Positions 23,601 to 35,230 of a stretch of 64,000 bases of DNA are shown piece after piece. The stretch comes from Balanoglossus misakiensis. Taxonomy: Eukaryota > Animalia > Hemichordata. The position numbers were made by a program, and so were the translations under genes. Location: contig CM082588.2 of NCBI GenBank assembly GCA_040954595.2, forward strand, positions 3,494,513 through 3,558,512, written 5' to 3'. Each line of letters begins with the position of its first letter. The stretch's first letter is position 1. The notes beneath the pieces were generated by a model. The model did no database searches and was not told the DNA's origin. It saw only the letters and a list, made by a program, of their open reading frames with translations.

Positions 23601-25265
23601 TTGTTTCTGTCTGTGCAAACACAGGTCATGCATACATGCATTAGGCACCAAGCTGAACGACTACTGGCACGAGAAGACTGGTCTACAGCGAATGGAGTCG
23701 ACCGCCACTACCAGCACCCCCCAGGCTAGAGTTCCCGTCTCAAATATACCCGACCAGACGTGGGTGCAGTGCGACCTATGTCTGAAATGGAGAAAGCTGG
23801 CGGATATACACGACCCTGAGACTCTGCCAGACAAATGGTATTGCAACATGAACACAGACCCAGCGTTTAGTTCTTGCCAAGTATCGCAAGAACCGGTGGA
23901 TTCTGACGATGGAGATGCGAAACCCAGTTACGATAAAAAGGTCAAGAGACAAATGGAGCGTGAGAAGATAGAGAAGGCTCGAAAATTAGCAGAAGAGAAA
24001 CGTAACCAAAAATATGAGCAAGAGAAAAAACTGAGGGAGATGGAAAATAAACTCAAGAGATCACAAGCACAGTTACAACTCAAAGAAAAGGAAATCCAAC
24101 AAAGGCAAAAAGTGATACAGGTATAGCGTCATGTGACATTTAATACTCGGTCCACTGGTCCCACTTTGGTCCCATTGGATTGCTGCAAACAAAAATATCT
24201 AAGAAACAATTTGCATATTTTAGATCTGAACTATGTGTAGTGATGGCGTTTTCTTTCTTTGTAGCATGTGAGGTTGACACCGGTGCAGAATGGAGTCGTC
24301 GTATCCAGAGCAAGTCTGGGATATCACGAAAAAGTTCAGCTGCAGACCCAGAAAATGCTGACACAGCTGGAAGAGCAGAGACTCGAACTGGAAAGACAAA
24401 AAGAATGCATGGTTGCACAACAGGTCAGTCGACATTTACAGCAAACATCTCTCCAAAGCCAAAACGAAATTTATTGACAGAGGATGAAACATTTTTTACA
24501 GTAATGCAGAAAATAAATAATCCTATTTTTTATCCTACCCCTGCAGGCACGGGTTAACGTCAACGCACCAACAGCTAGTACATCTGTAACAGTCAACAGA
24601 CCATCGACAAGGTAAGTTGCGTACAACCTTAACTCTTTCACCACCATGGTTTGGTCTACCTCCATTGTTGTCAATAGCAATGCTGGGGGTTCAGCAACAT
24701 TCGACAGTGACAAGAATGAAATTCTTATGAAATACTGAATTGGCATTTCTTCTTGAAAATCTTGCCAACAGTTTATTTGATTTAAAAGTCAAAATAATGT
24801 TATTATTGTCCATTTATCAGTAAGGATTTTATTTCTCCTCTTTTCAGCAAAGCAGCAGATCTGAAACAGATCCTGAAAAGATCGTCACTGTCGAGTGTTG
24901 CTACAGCCCCTCCATTGAAACAGATAAAACAAGATCCTGATGCAGATGTGATCGTGTTGGACGGGCCGAAAGAAACCGTGCCACCCAGGAGGAAATGCAC
25001 AAACGTGAACTGTACCCAAACGGAACCAGTTGAAATCCGCACAAACGTCCCGGGCAGCGGGGGTCTGCGACGGCTCTCGGCGCTGGAACAGCATCAGGTG
25101 CTGCTGCAGCGCACCAGGGAGCTGGGGGATTTGCGGCGCAATGTGTCGCAGCTGCTGCAGGTGCTGGTGCCCGAACTGAACTTGCCTGAGAACGATATCG
25201 ACATTGAGAGCAGCGAGGTGGACGAACTCTTGAAACAGGTGTTGCTGGCCAACAAGGAGAGTTAG
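20695..25265 (+). CDS. MORC3: MORC family CW-type zinc finger ATPase (MORC3/4 type), 13 exons, about 750 aa
   Basis: GHKL motifs [34 protein letters not shown] and [15 protein letters not shown]; S5 region [12 protein letters not shown] and [10 protein letters not shown]; CW finger [15 protein letters not shown]...WYC; C-terminal [16 protein letters not shown]...VDELLKQV. Confidence 0.93.
21785..22149 (+). other. U12-type AT-AC intron in MORC
   Basis: Donor ATATCCTTT, branch CCTTAAC at 22133-22139, terminal AC. Splicing restores WHSITH^[15 protein letters not shown] in frame. Confidence 0.92.
21892..22097. mobile_element. MITE with TA target-site duplication (Tc1/mariner-like)
   Basis: TA|CTGTAAAACACTTTATTTTC(A)CGAG ... 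CTCG(C)GAAAATAAAGTGTTTTACAG|TA near-perfect terminal inverted repeats. A related end lies at ~47790-47820. Confidence 0.85.
22872..23096 (+). other. U12-type GT-AG intron in MORC
   Basis: Donor GTATCCTTT; branch TTCTTTAAC about 10 nt before the AG; in-frame join YKPQLDN^[11 protein letters not shown]. Confidence 0.88.
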
Positions 25266-26752
25266 CGACCGACACAGAGGGTGTTTGAAAGCCCAGTGAC
25301 AAAACAGAGCACATTTGATACACACAGTAATAGTATACACTGCAAGGGAGACAATTTCAATTTCACCATTGGATAAGGATGGATGGTTTTTGAGGATGAC
25401 ACACATGCTAAGAACCTGTAAATAGAACATGGGTCACATTTTTTTTAATAAATCAAGGAATGCATAATAAATCAATGAAGAAACAGTAGAGATTGTTAGA
25501 TAACAATATCTGATGCTTTCATCTCAAAGTAAAATTTTCAGTGGTGAATCCTCAAGTCGATTTTTGTACGACAAGAAAGGGTGCACACGCAAAAAAAACA
25601 GATGCCAGTTTGTGATCTTCCACCGTTAAAGATTATTGTTTATTTTTAGGGATTGTTTTTAAGAGGCCTGTTGGCAGTGTTGTGCAAGAACGACCTTCAA
25701 ACGTTCTTGGTAGAACAACCTGCATGATTGGCCAGTCACCGTTATGCAAATATGTCAGGTGATTTCTTTTGACCAATCAGCCACTCAGGGAGACCAATCT
25801 CTGGAATGGTCCTTAGAAATACATAAAATTGACCAGACATCTGAGTTATATTATGGGATACCTGACCCATCCTATTCAGAAACTGCTTGAGCTATATACA
25901 AACATCCATATGAGGGCACTGACCTGCCATTTTTCATAAGTTCTGAGAATGTGTCGACGGCAAATTGTGCTTGCTATTATGCTTTGCATGCTTGGACTTG
26001 CAAATTGAAGTACATGTAGTTACATAGTTGTTTTATTGTTAGAACTGAAAATATTTGATTTTTTCCCACACAATTCATGGCTTGACCTATTTTACTTCAA
26101 AGTACATGTACTGAATAAAATTTCTATAAAATTTTGAATATTTTGTTTCATTGTTTTTCTTGTGTCTGGTTGCCGCGTGATTACAAAATATGTGTTCTGT
26201 GAGAAGAGGGATGATGTTGGTCGAATTATGGTGGTCGAGTTCTCAGCAGCTGAAGCTGTCAGTGTGACAGACAGTTTTGGATTGAAAATCATTGACTGTC
26301 AAAGGGCAAATTTGTTGTCTTAGGGACTCGAGGAAATCCTGTTTTCTGATGGCGGGTCTGATAGAACGAGCCCGGCGTCTGCCAGCATTGATACACCTGT
26401 TCTGGTACCTGTAATACACCTGTCAACATTTACCGCTGTTTCACCCAGTTGTGTGCACACTCAAAGAGGCTAGGCTTACAAATTCCGTTCGGGAAAGGAA
26501 AGCCGGCCATTTTATGTCAATAACGTCGAGGAAAGGGGGTAGGGTTACCGGCGGTGCAACAATGGAGGAACAACACGGTGTAGTGACACTGAAAAGTTGC
26601 CGTGGCAACGATTTGGAAGTGATACTGTGGTAATGAAAGACAGAACACAGTGTCACGTAAAGTACTGCAGGTACTCATGAAAAGCGCACCTCTGAGTAAT
26701 CAGGATTTCAGAATTGTCCTGCCTTCTAGTATATTTCACTGAAAAACTACCA

Positions 26753-29700
26753 ATGTGGACCACATGGTTTCAGAGTTCTAGGCTTCTTCTCGTATTTGGT
26801 TTGATTTGGTTGGCATTTCTAAATTGCACAGAGGCACTCACACCTTGTGAACAGGCAGCGCAGGACCAAGGTGAGTATTGATTACAATTTCTGTTTTTAT
26901 GCTGAAATGTTCTGTAAAGAACTTTTGACAGAATTCTTCGTAGCTGCAAATTTTCACTAGCAGTAATCCCTGTCTACTGAGTGAAAGAACAAAATAAAAC
27001 GATGAACATACATAAAGGGCTTTCGTAATTAATATCTTAATAGTCAGGGTACAGAAAATGTCCTATTTTCGAATAGTAAAAGCTTAAACGTGTTCACCAT
27101 GGTTTGGTCAAAGTCTACGATAAAAGTTGGACCTCACAATTAACACGGGGAAACATGGGTAAGATTTAACTTGGTTTTAATTTCCTTCATGAAAATATGT
27201 CCACATGAAAGTGTCACACTCTTGGAGGTAGATTTGATATCCAAGAAATTTTTCTGAAAATATTTCAATACAACAGTCAACAGATATTGCATTTCTTTCT
27301 TTGTTCTTTTTATTTTTCCTCATCTAGGATGGGCTGATGTTGCCGAGTTGTGTAATTACAACGGGGACTGTATCGACGATGGCGTTAATTATCGCTGTGA
27401 CTGCTACCCGGGCAAGATCGGCGACCACTGCGAGAGTGACGACCCGTTCCCCTGCGTGACGTACGGCGATCCCTGCCTCAATGGCGGTACCTGTTACAAC
27501 ACACCCCCTCTGTGCTCCTACTCGCTGAGCTGTCCCACCTCGCAACCGCTGTTCTACGTCTGCTTCTGTATGCCGGACTTCACAGGTTTCCATTGCGAGG
27601 TCAACCTGAATAGTGACGGGTGTGATTCGTCTCCTTGTCAGAATGGAGGCACCTGCACAACAGATCCTGTACATCCAGAACTCTACACTTGCTCCTGTGT
27701 TACTGGCTTCACTGGTGAGTATTAAGTTATTTTTTCAGATATTTTTGGTCAAAATAGTCATAAAGTTGTCCTATACATTCCTGGTTCTCACTATATAAGA
27801 GTTGGCTGTAGACTTGGAAAGCATTTCATTTTTTATGTTTATTTTGTTAATATTTCATTCAAGTGAAAGCAAATGTCTTTCTAAAGAGAAGAAAAATCAA
27901 CAGAAATATTCTAGTATCTTTTTTCATACCTCATTGGCCATATTCCTGTTTCAAATATTTTCATTGTGTTTTACAGCACTCCTATATTTTTGTACAGTTT
28001 CACCTCCTTTCAAAAGCAAAAACTAAACTGTCTAAATTTGTAAGCAATGTTATTCTATATTGCAGAATTTAGCTAACACGTCACATCTGCATCAGCAAGG
28101 TTAAAGGGATTTGTGACCTCGGAGGTCAGGCTAAACAAACAATAAACAATGCTGCCTTACCAACAAAAGCAACAAACAAATACAAACACAATGAGAATCG
28201 GTAGCTTGATCGCCCCAGCTCTTCACAGTGAAACAATAAAACAACAAAGTTTAAGATCAAATGTCAAAAAAATAACAATCATGGCTAGCTTGCTTGATAC
28301 GCACCAATTAGAAACATTGGTTCCACTTTTCATGCTGCACATTCTCAAGCAGCTACAGACGTCTACTTTTCCTTCTACAATAATTGTGATCTCTCGCCAG
28401 GCATAAACTGTCAAACAGACATCTGTAATCCAAACCCATGTCAGAACAGCGGCAATTGTTCAGCCAGTGGATCTGGTTACACCTGTGGTTGTCAAACAGT
28501 AAGTAGAATTCCCCCACACTCAAGTCAGAGACTCCTGGACCAGTAGAATTTCCACCACGCAGAGCTGATCTCAGTTTGATTGTACTTGCAGTATCTCAAC
28601 TGCAAGAAATACCAGTAGCTTTCTTTTACCGGTATATGACATACGGTTTTGTTTGCGTGAGACACCACTCCAAATTTATCAACCTTTTTTTCTAAGGTGG
28701 GTTTCGGGTGAGATATAGGTTAATGTGCAAAAAGTGGGGTTGTGGTGTGTTTCTGGTGGTCCTGAAGTGCACTGAATACACTGGAATTTTTGTTAAGGGC
28801 CTCTCACATTAAAAATCTCAACTTTTCCTTTCTAGGGGTACATTGGCGACAACTGTCAAATTCCTGAAAGCAACTGCCAACCAGGGTATTGTCTGAATGG
28901 TGCTGTGTGCGAGCCGACAGAAACCGGGTACATATGCCACTGTTTGGACGGATATGACGGTGCCAACTGTGAAAACGATATCCGGGAAGAGTGCAGCTCC
29001 TCTCCGTGCCATTCCGGAACCTGTGTGGATCAGGTGGGATATTTCCAGTGTGTCTGTCCGCCCATGTACAATGGAATCCAGTGTGACGTGTTTGACGCGA
29101 CGTTTCCAGGGGGAATCGGGGTGAACGTCACGAGAGCGCCGAGTACAGTTGTCACGACAACGCCAAGTACAGTTGCTACGACAGCGCCAAGTACAGTTGC
29201 CACGACAGCGCCAAGTACAGTTGCCACGTCAACGCCGACTACCACACCTCTGGAAAGTACTAGCAGATCAGCACAAAGTACTACTGGTAGCAGACAAGGC
29301 CAAAGTACTACCTATGTGACATCCAATGCAGTTGTACCGACCCAGGGAACATGTCAAGTTGTTGGCTGCACGACGAAACGAGGAGATGGTATTTGTGATG
29401 TAAGAATTGTATTATTTTATTTTTGTTAAAAAATGACATAATCATCAAAGTTCACAAAGTCAAGAATTTAATGGGTGTGTATAAGTGCCCTTTGTTTATC
29501 ACTGGAATTTTTTTTTTTTACTTTTGCAGGAAGAATGTAACACATACGAGTGTTCTTGGGACGGCATGGATTGCTCGCTTGGTCTGTTGCCATGGCAAAA
29601 CTGCACAGTAACCACGGAGAACTGCTGGGATGTCTTTGAGGACGGTGTGTGTAACGAAGACTGTAATGTGGCCATGTGTTTGTATGACGGCTTTGATTGT

Positions 29701-32700
29701 GTCGCACCAGTTGGATCATGCAGGTAATGTGCAGGGATGTATAAAATGGCTTTTATAACTTATAAGTCAAGGGAGCTTTTTGTACATAGTAGTATTAGTA
29801 CTTTGTAAGCTCTATGAGGAATCATCACATATTTGGCCATGCTCGTTGCAAAGCTTGAGTTATAATATCTGCTTGTCTGACAAACAGCAACTGCATGTCT
29901 CTGAATCAGAAAGCAACAGTGCATTAGTGCAAATTGGCCAAGTACACCCAACCACACCATTTGCATTTTATCTTTAATAAGAATTAAATATTGTATATTT
30001 TTGGACCTTTCTGTGCAGGTACAATACATACTGCAATGATTTTTACCACGACGGCAACTGCGATCAAGGCTGCGACTCGGCGGAATGTGGCTGGGATGGC
30101 ATGGACTGTGTTGACTACCCTCCACGCTACGCCAAGGGGACCATCGTCATGACGGTGCTGGTGGAGCCCCAACTGATCCGCGACAACGCCCAGGCATTCC
30201 TTCGCGAGGTCAGCCACATCATGCACACGACTGTGGAGTTTGTGAGAGACGCCAACGGAAATTACAAAATCGAGCACTGGAGTGAAGATGAGGGAACTAC
30301 TGCTGATGGACTGAGTCAGGGCAAACGGAGTGTTGGTGATGATGGCCACTACAGAATGAGAAGGGATACTTTGACTGGGTAAGTACTGCAGGTGTTAATT
30401 TTGTCATTGGTGCCCAAACTCTGTAAGCTTCTACAGAACTTCTATTATAATAAAAATAAAAAAATTCTGTAGGCTATATAGAACTCCCTTTTTATTTTCC
30501 CATAGGGTATTTCCAGTTAGAAGACACAAATGATAAATAAGATTAAAGGTATACAGTCACCTCCAATTTACATCCGCCCATATATGGCTGAAATGGCGTA
30601 TTTGAGCGTTCAAAAAGAACATATGGCGGCGCTCTTTTTTCGCGTGTGCCACCCACTGAAAATCTGTGATTGGCTAGATCTCAGTTTACCATGGTAACTA
30701 TAGCTAATTTTCCATAGGTGACTGTATACCTTTAATATACATGTATTATACATAGGATGTACAAGTTTTACCATTCTCATCTGCATGGAATTCAATACAA
30801 AATATATCCTTTCCTAGCTCTAAAGTTTACCTGAGGGTTGACAACAGGAGGTGCTATGCGACAAATGGAGATTGTTTCGAAAGCGCTGACCAGGCCGCGT
30901 CACTCTTTGCTGCAAAGTCTTCAAAGGGGTCACTGGACGTGCAGTTTCCCATCCACAGTATTGATGGTGAGTCTTTTGTTTACCCTTTCACCACCATGGT
31001 TTGATCCAGATCCATTGTTTTCTGGGGTAAAGCTGGATCTCTACAGAAGGAAATGGGGGTGGCCACGTTGTATTTAAATAATAAAACTGTGTTTTGTGTA
31101 TTAGTTGAAGAGGACACACCCACTGAAGAAACACCAGTCAGCAGTCTGGTGTGGATTATAGGAACAGTCGTTGTGGTCGTCATTGTCCTGCCCATACTGG
31201 GCGTTCTCGTGTCAGCATCTAGGAGGAGAAAGGCACGCGGAAAGCTCTGGTTTCCGGAAAACTTCACAAGCCATGCTAAGAGAAGAAAAGCTGACGGCTG
31301 CCCTGAGAGTAAAAACACCCCAAGTGCGAATGATTCCTCGAGTATAAGGTTGGTGCTAATGTGTATAGCCACAAAATGTTATCAATATTCTGAGAGAAAG
31401 TGTCATTCTGCACAGTGAAAAGGGTCACTGAATTGCCTGTTTTCTTCACAGGCAACTTGAAAGGATTCTCAGTGGCTCTGCAATGGGCTCTGATGCTCAC
31501 CAGGAGAACAGTCAGAAGTCCACAACTGAACCATCTGAAAATGCCAGGAAGAGATCTCGAATCAAGGTAAAAACTATGCATATATTTAACATGCTGTTTC
31601 TGCAGAGAATTGACCCCTATTGCCAGAATGCTATAGTCCAACACCATGGAATGGTTGAACCAATACACTGGAAAATGGGGATGACCGGACTAAAAAATGT
31701 TGTCTATACCACCACAGTTTCAGGAACCACTCAGTCCGATCGTAAGCTCTCCCAGTGACGTGGAAGCAGTTCTGAGAAGTGATGACGACACAGAGAAAGC
31801 AACATTGTCCAAGCCGAACTACGGTGCCCACATTCCAGCATCTTTTGCACTCACACCGCCCACAGATGACGGTGAAGATGATGTGGCCAATTTGGACCTC
31901 GACATGGAAGGACCAGGTCAGAACTAACATACTGTACTTTTGACTCATGCTTTGTTACATTTATTTTACTATGGATAAAGCATATAGCCCATCTATGAAA
32001 ATTTAACCACTTTACACACAGAATGTAATTATTGCAAAAAGGACTAAAGTTTTTTTTTATTTCTTTCATTACAGGCGGTGTAACACCATTGATGTTAGCA
32101 GCGCAGAGTGGTGAAAATGATCCAAGAGATGTTGGATCAAGATCTGCTGCGCTGGTCACTGATCTGTTGGCACAGGGTGCATGTCCATTGGTTGCTACAA
32201 AGAGAACTGGTCAGCCATTTTTTTTTCTCATTCTTTAACTGTGAAATGACTCCAAGTCATTGAGTCTTTATGTACATGCATATGAACCTTGGAAATCTGT
32301 AAGCTGGCATCTGATTGCATGGTCTCCTTGTTTGTGATTTTTTGTAGGCGAGACACCATTGCACATGGCTGCTCGTTATTCCCGTGCCGACGCTGCCAAG
32401 TCGTTGCTCAGAAACGGCGCTGACCCCAATGCTCAGGACTTGACTGGAAGGACTCCCCTACACGCTGCTGTTGCTGCTGATGCAAATGGGGTCTTCCAGG
32501 TATTATACGTCCCTCCTACTTACAAATGATAATCACCATAAGTGACATGTTATCAAAAGAAATATATGTCTGGCAACTGGACAATCTTCGGTACATCAGT
32601 TCCGTAAATTCTTAAACCTGAATGTGTTGATTTTAATGCCAAGGTTTTCAAAATTGTAATATTTCATCCAGATCATAAGTTGACACACGAAAATGTCCAA

Positions 32701-34484
32701 AAACCTTTCTGAGATTTTCCTTCAACTGCATGAGCAATTGATTTTACAAGAGAAGGTAAAATATGCATAAATTCCAGATCTTGTTGAGAAATCGTGCCAC
32801 AAATCTAGATGTGAAGACATATGACGGGACAACAGCATTGATTCTATCAGCACGTCTGGGGATAGAAAACACTGTTGAAGAGCTTATCGATACAGGTGCA
32901 GATTGCAATGCTGTCGATAATTATGGTATGTAAAGGAATTCTTCTGTCAAATCACTTTGTCTAGATCTATTGAATTCATGTCATCTACATCTTGTGAGCC
33001 GCTGGCATTAAACTTGGAACTAAGACCATTTAATGTAACGTACAAAGTACATTTGTCACTATTTTCAGGGAAGTCAGCACTTCACTGGGCAGCTGCTGTC
33101 AATAATATTGAAGCCACTGAAATTCTACTGAAGCGTGGCGCAAGCAAGGATATACAAGATGATAGGGTAATTTATCTTCATATTTGCTTAACATTTATTC
33201 AGTTGGTGGTAATTATGAATAGCAAATCTTTCCATAAATAAGCTACGTGTTAAAACACTGGATTGTTCTGCCTGGCATACTTTGCCATTGTCTAAAACAG
33301 TAATCTGTGTAAAAATGTATACAGTTGAGTAAACTGAAAATTCATATTTTTTCATTTTGTAGGAGGAGACAGCCTTGTTTCTAGCAGCAAGAGAAGGAAG
33401 CTTTGAAAGTGCTAAGATTCTTTTGGATCACTACGCAAACCGTGAGCTGCGTGACCACATGGACCAGTCCCCCTGTGACATTGCAAAGGATAGACTGCAT
33501 CTTGACATTGTCAAGCTGTTGGAAGAATACAATATTGGTGAGAGTCCACCAGCACTGCTGGCTCTGGCTGCCAATGTCCGAGCTGTGGATCAGTACCAAG
33601 CCGCTGGAAGCTTCATGGCCGCAAATATCAGTATTGGTGGGGGTAAGAAACGGAAGGTGTCGAAGTCTAAAGTTGGATTCGAGAGCCAGGCAAGTCCGCT
33701 TTGTGAGGAGTTGCCGCTCGATGAACTTGTCGTTCATGTGTTTGGGGCTCATCACAGTGAGATGGGTTTCCAGTCCGATGCAACTGGTTTTGTTCAGAGA
33801 GGGGCGATGCCTATGGAGTGCCAATCACATGTACCCCTTGGTGGGCACTTTCAGATGGACGCTGCCCACCCACTGTCCGCAGAGAATTCCCTCAGCTCAC
33901 CGCCGATGTTTCCAGACGGTTCTCCCGTGGGAGAAATGTACGGCGGCCATATCTTCTGTCACTCAACAGGCCATGGTATTCCAGTCAGCGATAATCATCC
34001 ACAGTCTACTATCGCTGATCATTATGACGACGGTAACCACGCATCATCCCTGCCGCACCCAGCATCCAGCTGCAACCAGAATCAGCTGACAGGGGTTTTC
34101 AACAGCAGCGGTCTGGACCTGGATATCGGGGTAACGGCACCAGTGTCTGTACCATCTGAGTGGATGAGGGCCGTCAACCCGCCCGCCTTCAGTGATCCCA
34201 GAAACACCCCGCCAAACCCTCACTACGACGCTTACAACGAAACGAGCCCACATTCTCTTCACTCTATGAGTCCCAACACTAGTGTTAATTCCCCAGCCAG
34301 TGCAGCGACAGGCTCTCCGTACAGCAACTTTGCATCGTCTCCGTCTCAGATCGCAGCGTTCCAAGCTCTCACACAAGGCAACCACCACACTGCACAACCC
34401 ACCATTACGAATCCACAGAGTGATTACTATGACAACTGTGATAATTCCTGCATGTTTCAGAACTACTCTGTTGCATGTACTTAA
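26753..34484 (+). CDS. NOTCH: Short Notch-family receptor: signal peptide, 6 EGF, Thr-rich stalk, 3 LNR, NOD/NODP, TM, RAM, ankyrin repeats, Ser/Pro-rich tail (about 1,350 aa, about 15 exons)
   Basis: Signal exon [23 protein letters not shown]; LNR motifs WDGMDC/YDGFDC; furin-type RMRR; TM followed by [13 protein letters not shown]; ANK motifs [31 protein letters not shown] and [17 protein letters not shown]. Confidence 0.92.
29137..29240 (+). repeat. Coding 24-nt tandem repeat (APSTVATT x~4) forming a mucin-like stalk
   Basis: gccaagtacagttgccacgacagc units inside the Notch exon, between EGF6 and LNR-A. Confidence 0.9.
30547..30731. mobile_element. MITE with TTAA target-site duplication (Kolobok-like)
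   Basis: TTAA|AGGTATACAGTCACCT ... AGGTGACTGTATACCT|TTAA perfect 16-bp terminal inverted repeats in a Notch intron. Confidence 0.85.
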
Positions 34485-35230
34485 AGCCCCATGAGCTGCC
34501 ACAGTACTTTTAGGATATATATTTACAATAATAAAATCTTCTTCAAGTCCTTATATATATTTAAGGGATGTTTTGTTTTACCAATTTTCAACATTTTAAA
34601 CGCTTGGTGAAGGAAGCTAGTCAATATACTGTTTGATTGAAGTGGTGTTTCAATTAATACACATATAAATAGCTGTTATTTTGCTTTTAGTTTTATTTAT
34701 TTTCATGCTTTTGAGATTCAAACTTTTAAGTTTATAACACCATCATGTAATATATAAATTATGCAGAAACAGATCTACTCATACGTGTTTTAATTTGCTG
34801 ACTTAAAATTTAAATATTATAATAGAATGTTCATATCTTATGGAATACATTTCTCATAACTTATGGATACATTTAAAGTTCAAAGTGTGTAGGTTATTTA
34901 ACCCTTTGCACTCTGACCCTTTGGTGACCTATGACATTATCTGAATTCTCTTCTGAGTCAGGTTCAAGGGGTTTACAAATGATTAATAAATACTTGACTA
35001 GTACTAGAGAAATATGTTTTTCAAAAACACCAATAAATGCAAACCGTTCCTCACAATGCAATTAAGTTAAGCAGCTTCTTTCTGGTTTTGTCCACGAGTT
35101 AAATAAGGAAACCCTGATACATTCATGTATTCAAATGATCGAATACCTAAATTGGAGGTCAGTTTTCTTCCTGGTTAATAAGCAAAGAAAGGTACTACCT
35201 GTGTGCTTGTTTGGCAGTCGAAGAACGTCA

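Noticed and set aside
30805-30815. ATATCCTTT resembling a U12 donor in Notch
   Set aside because: It lies in the polypyrimidine tract of a normal GT-AG intron acceptor; no exon ends there.
33381-34502. Alternative-frame and antisense ORFs over the Notch last exon
   Set aside because: Shadows of the real CDS without independent support.
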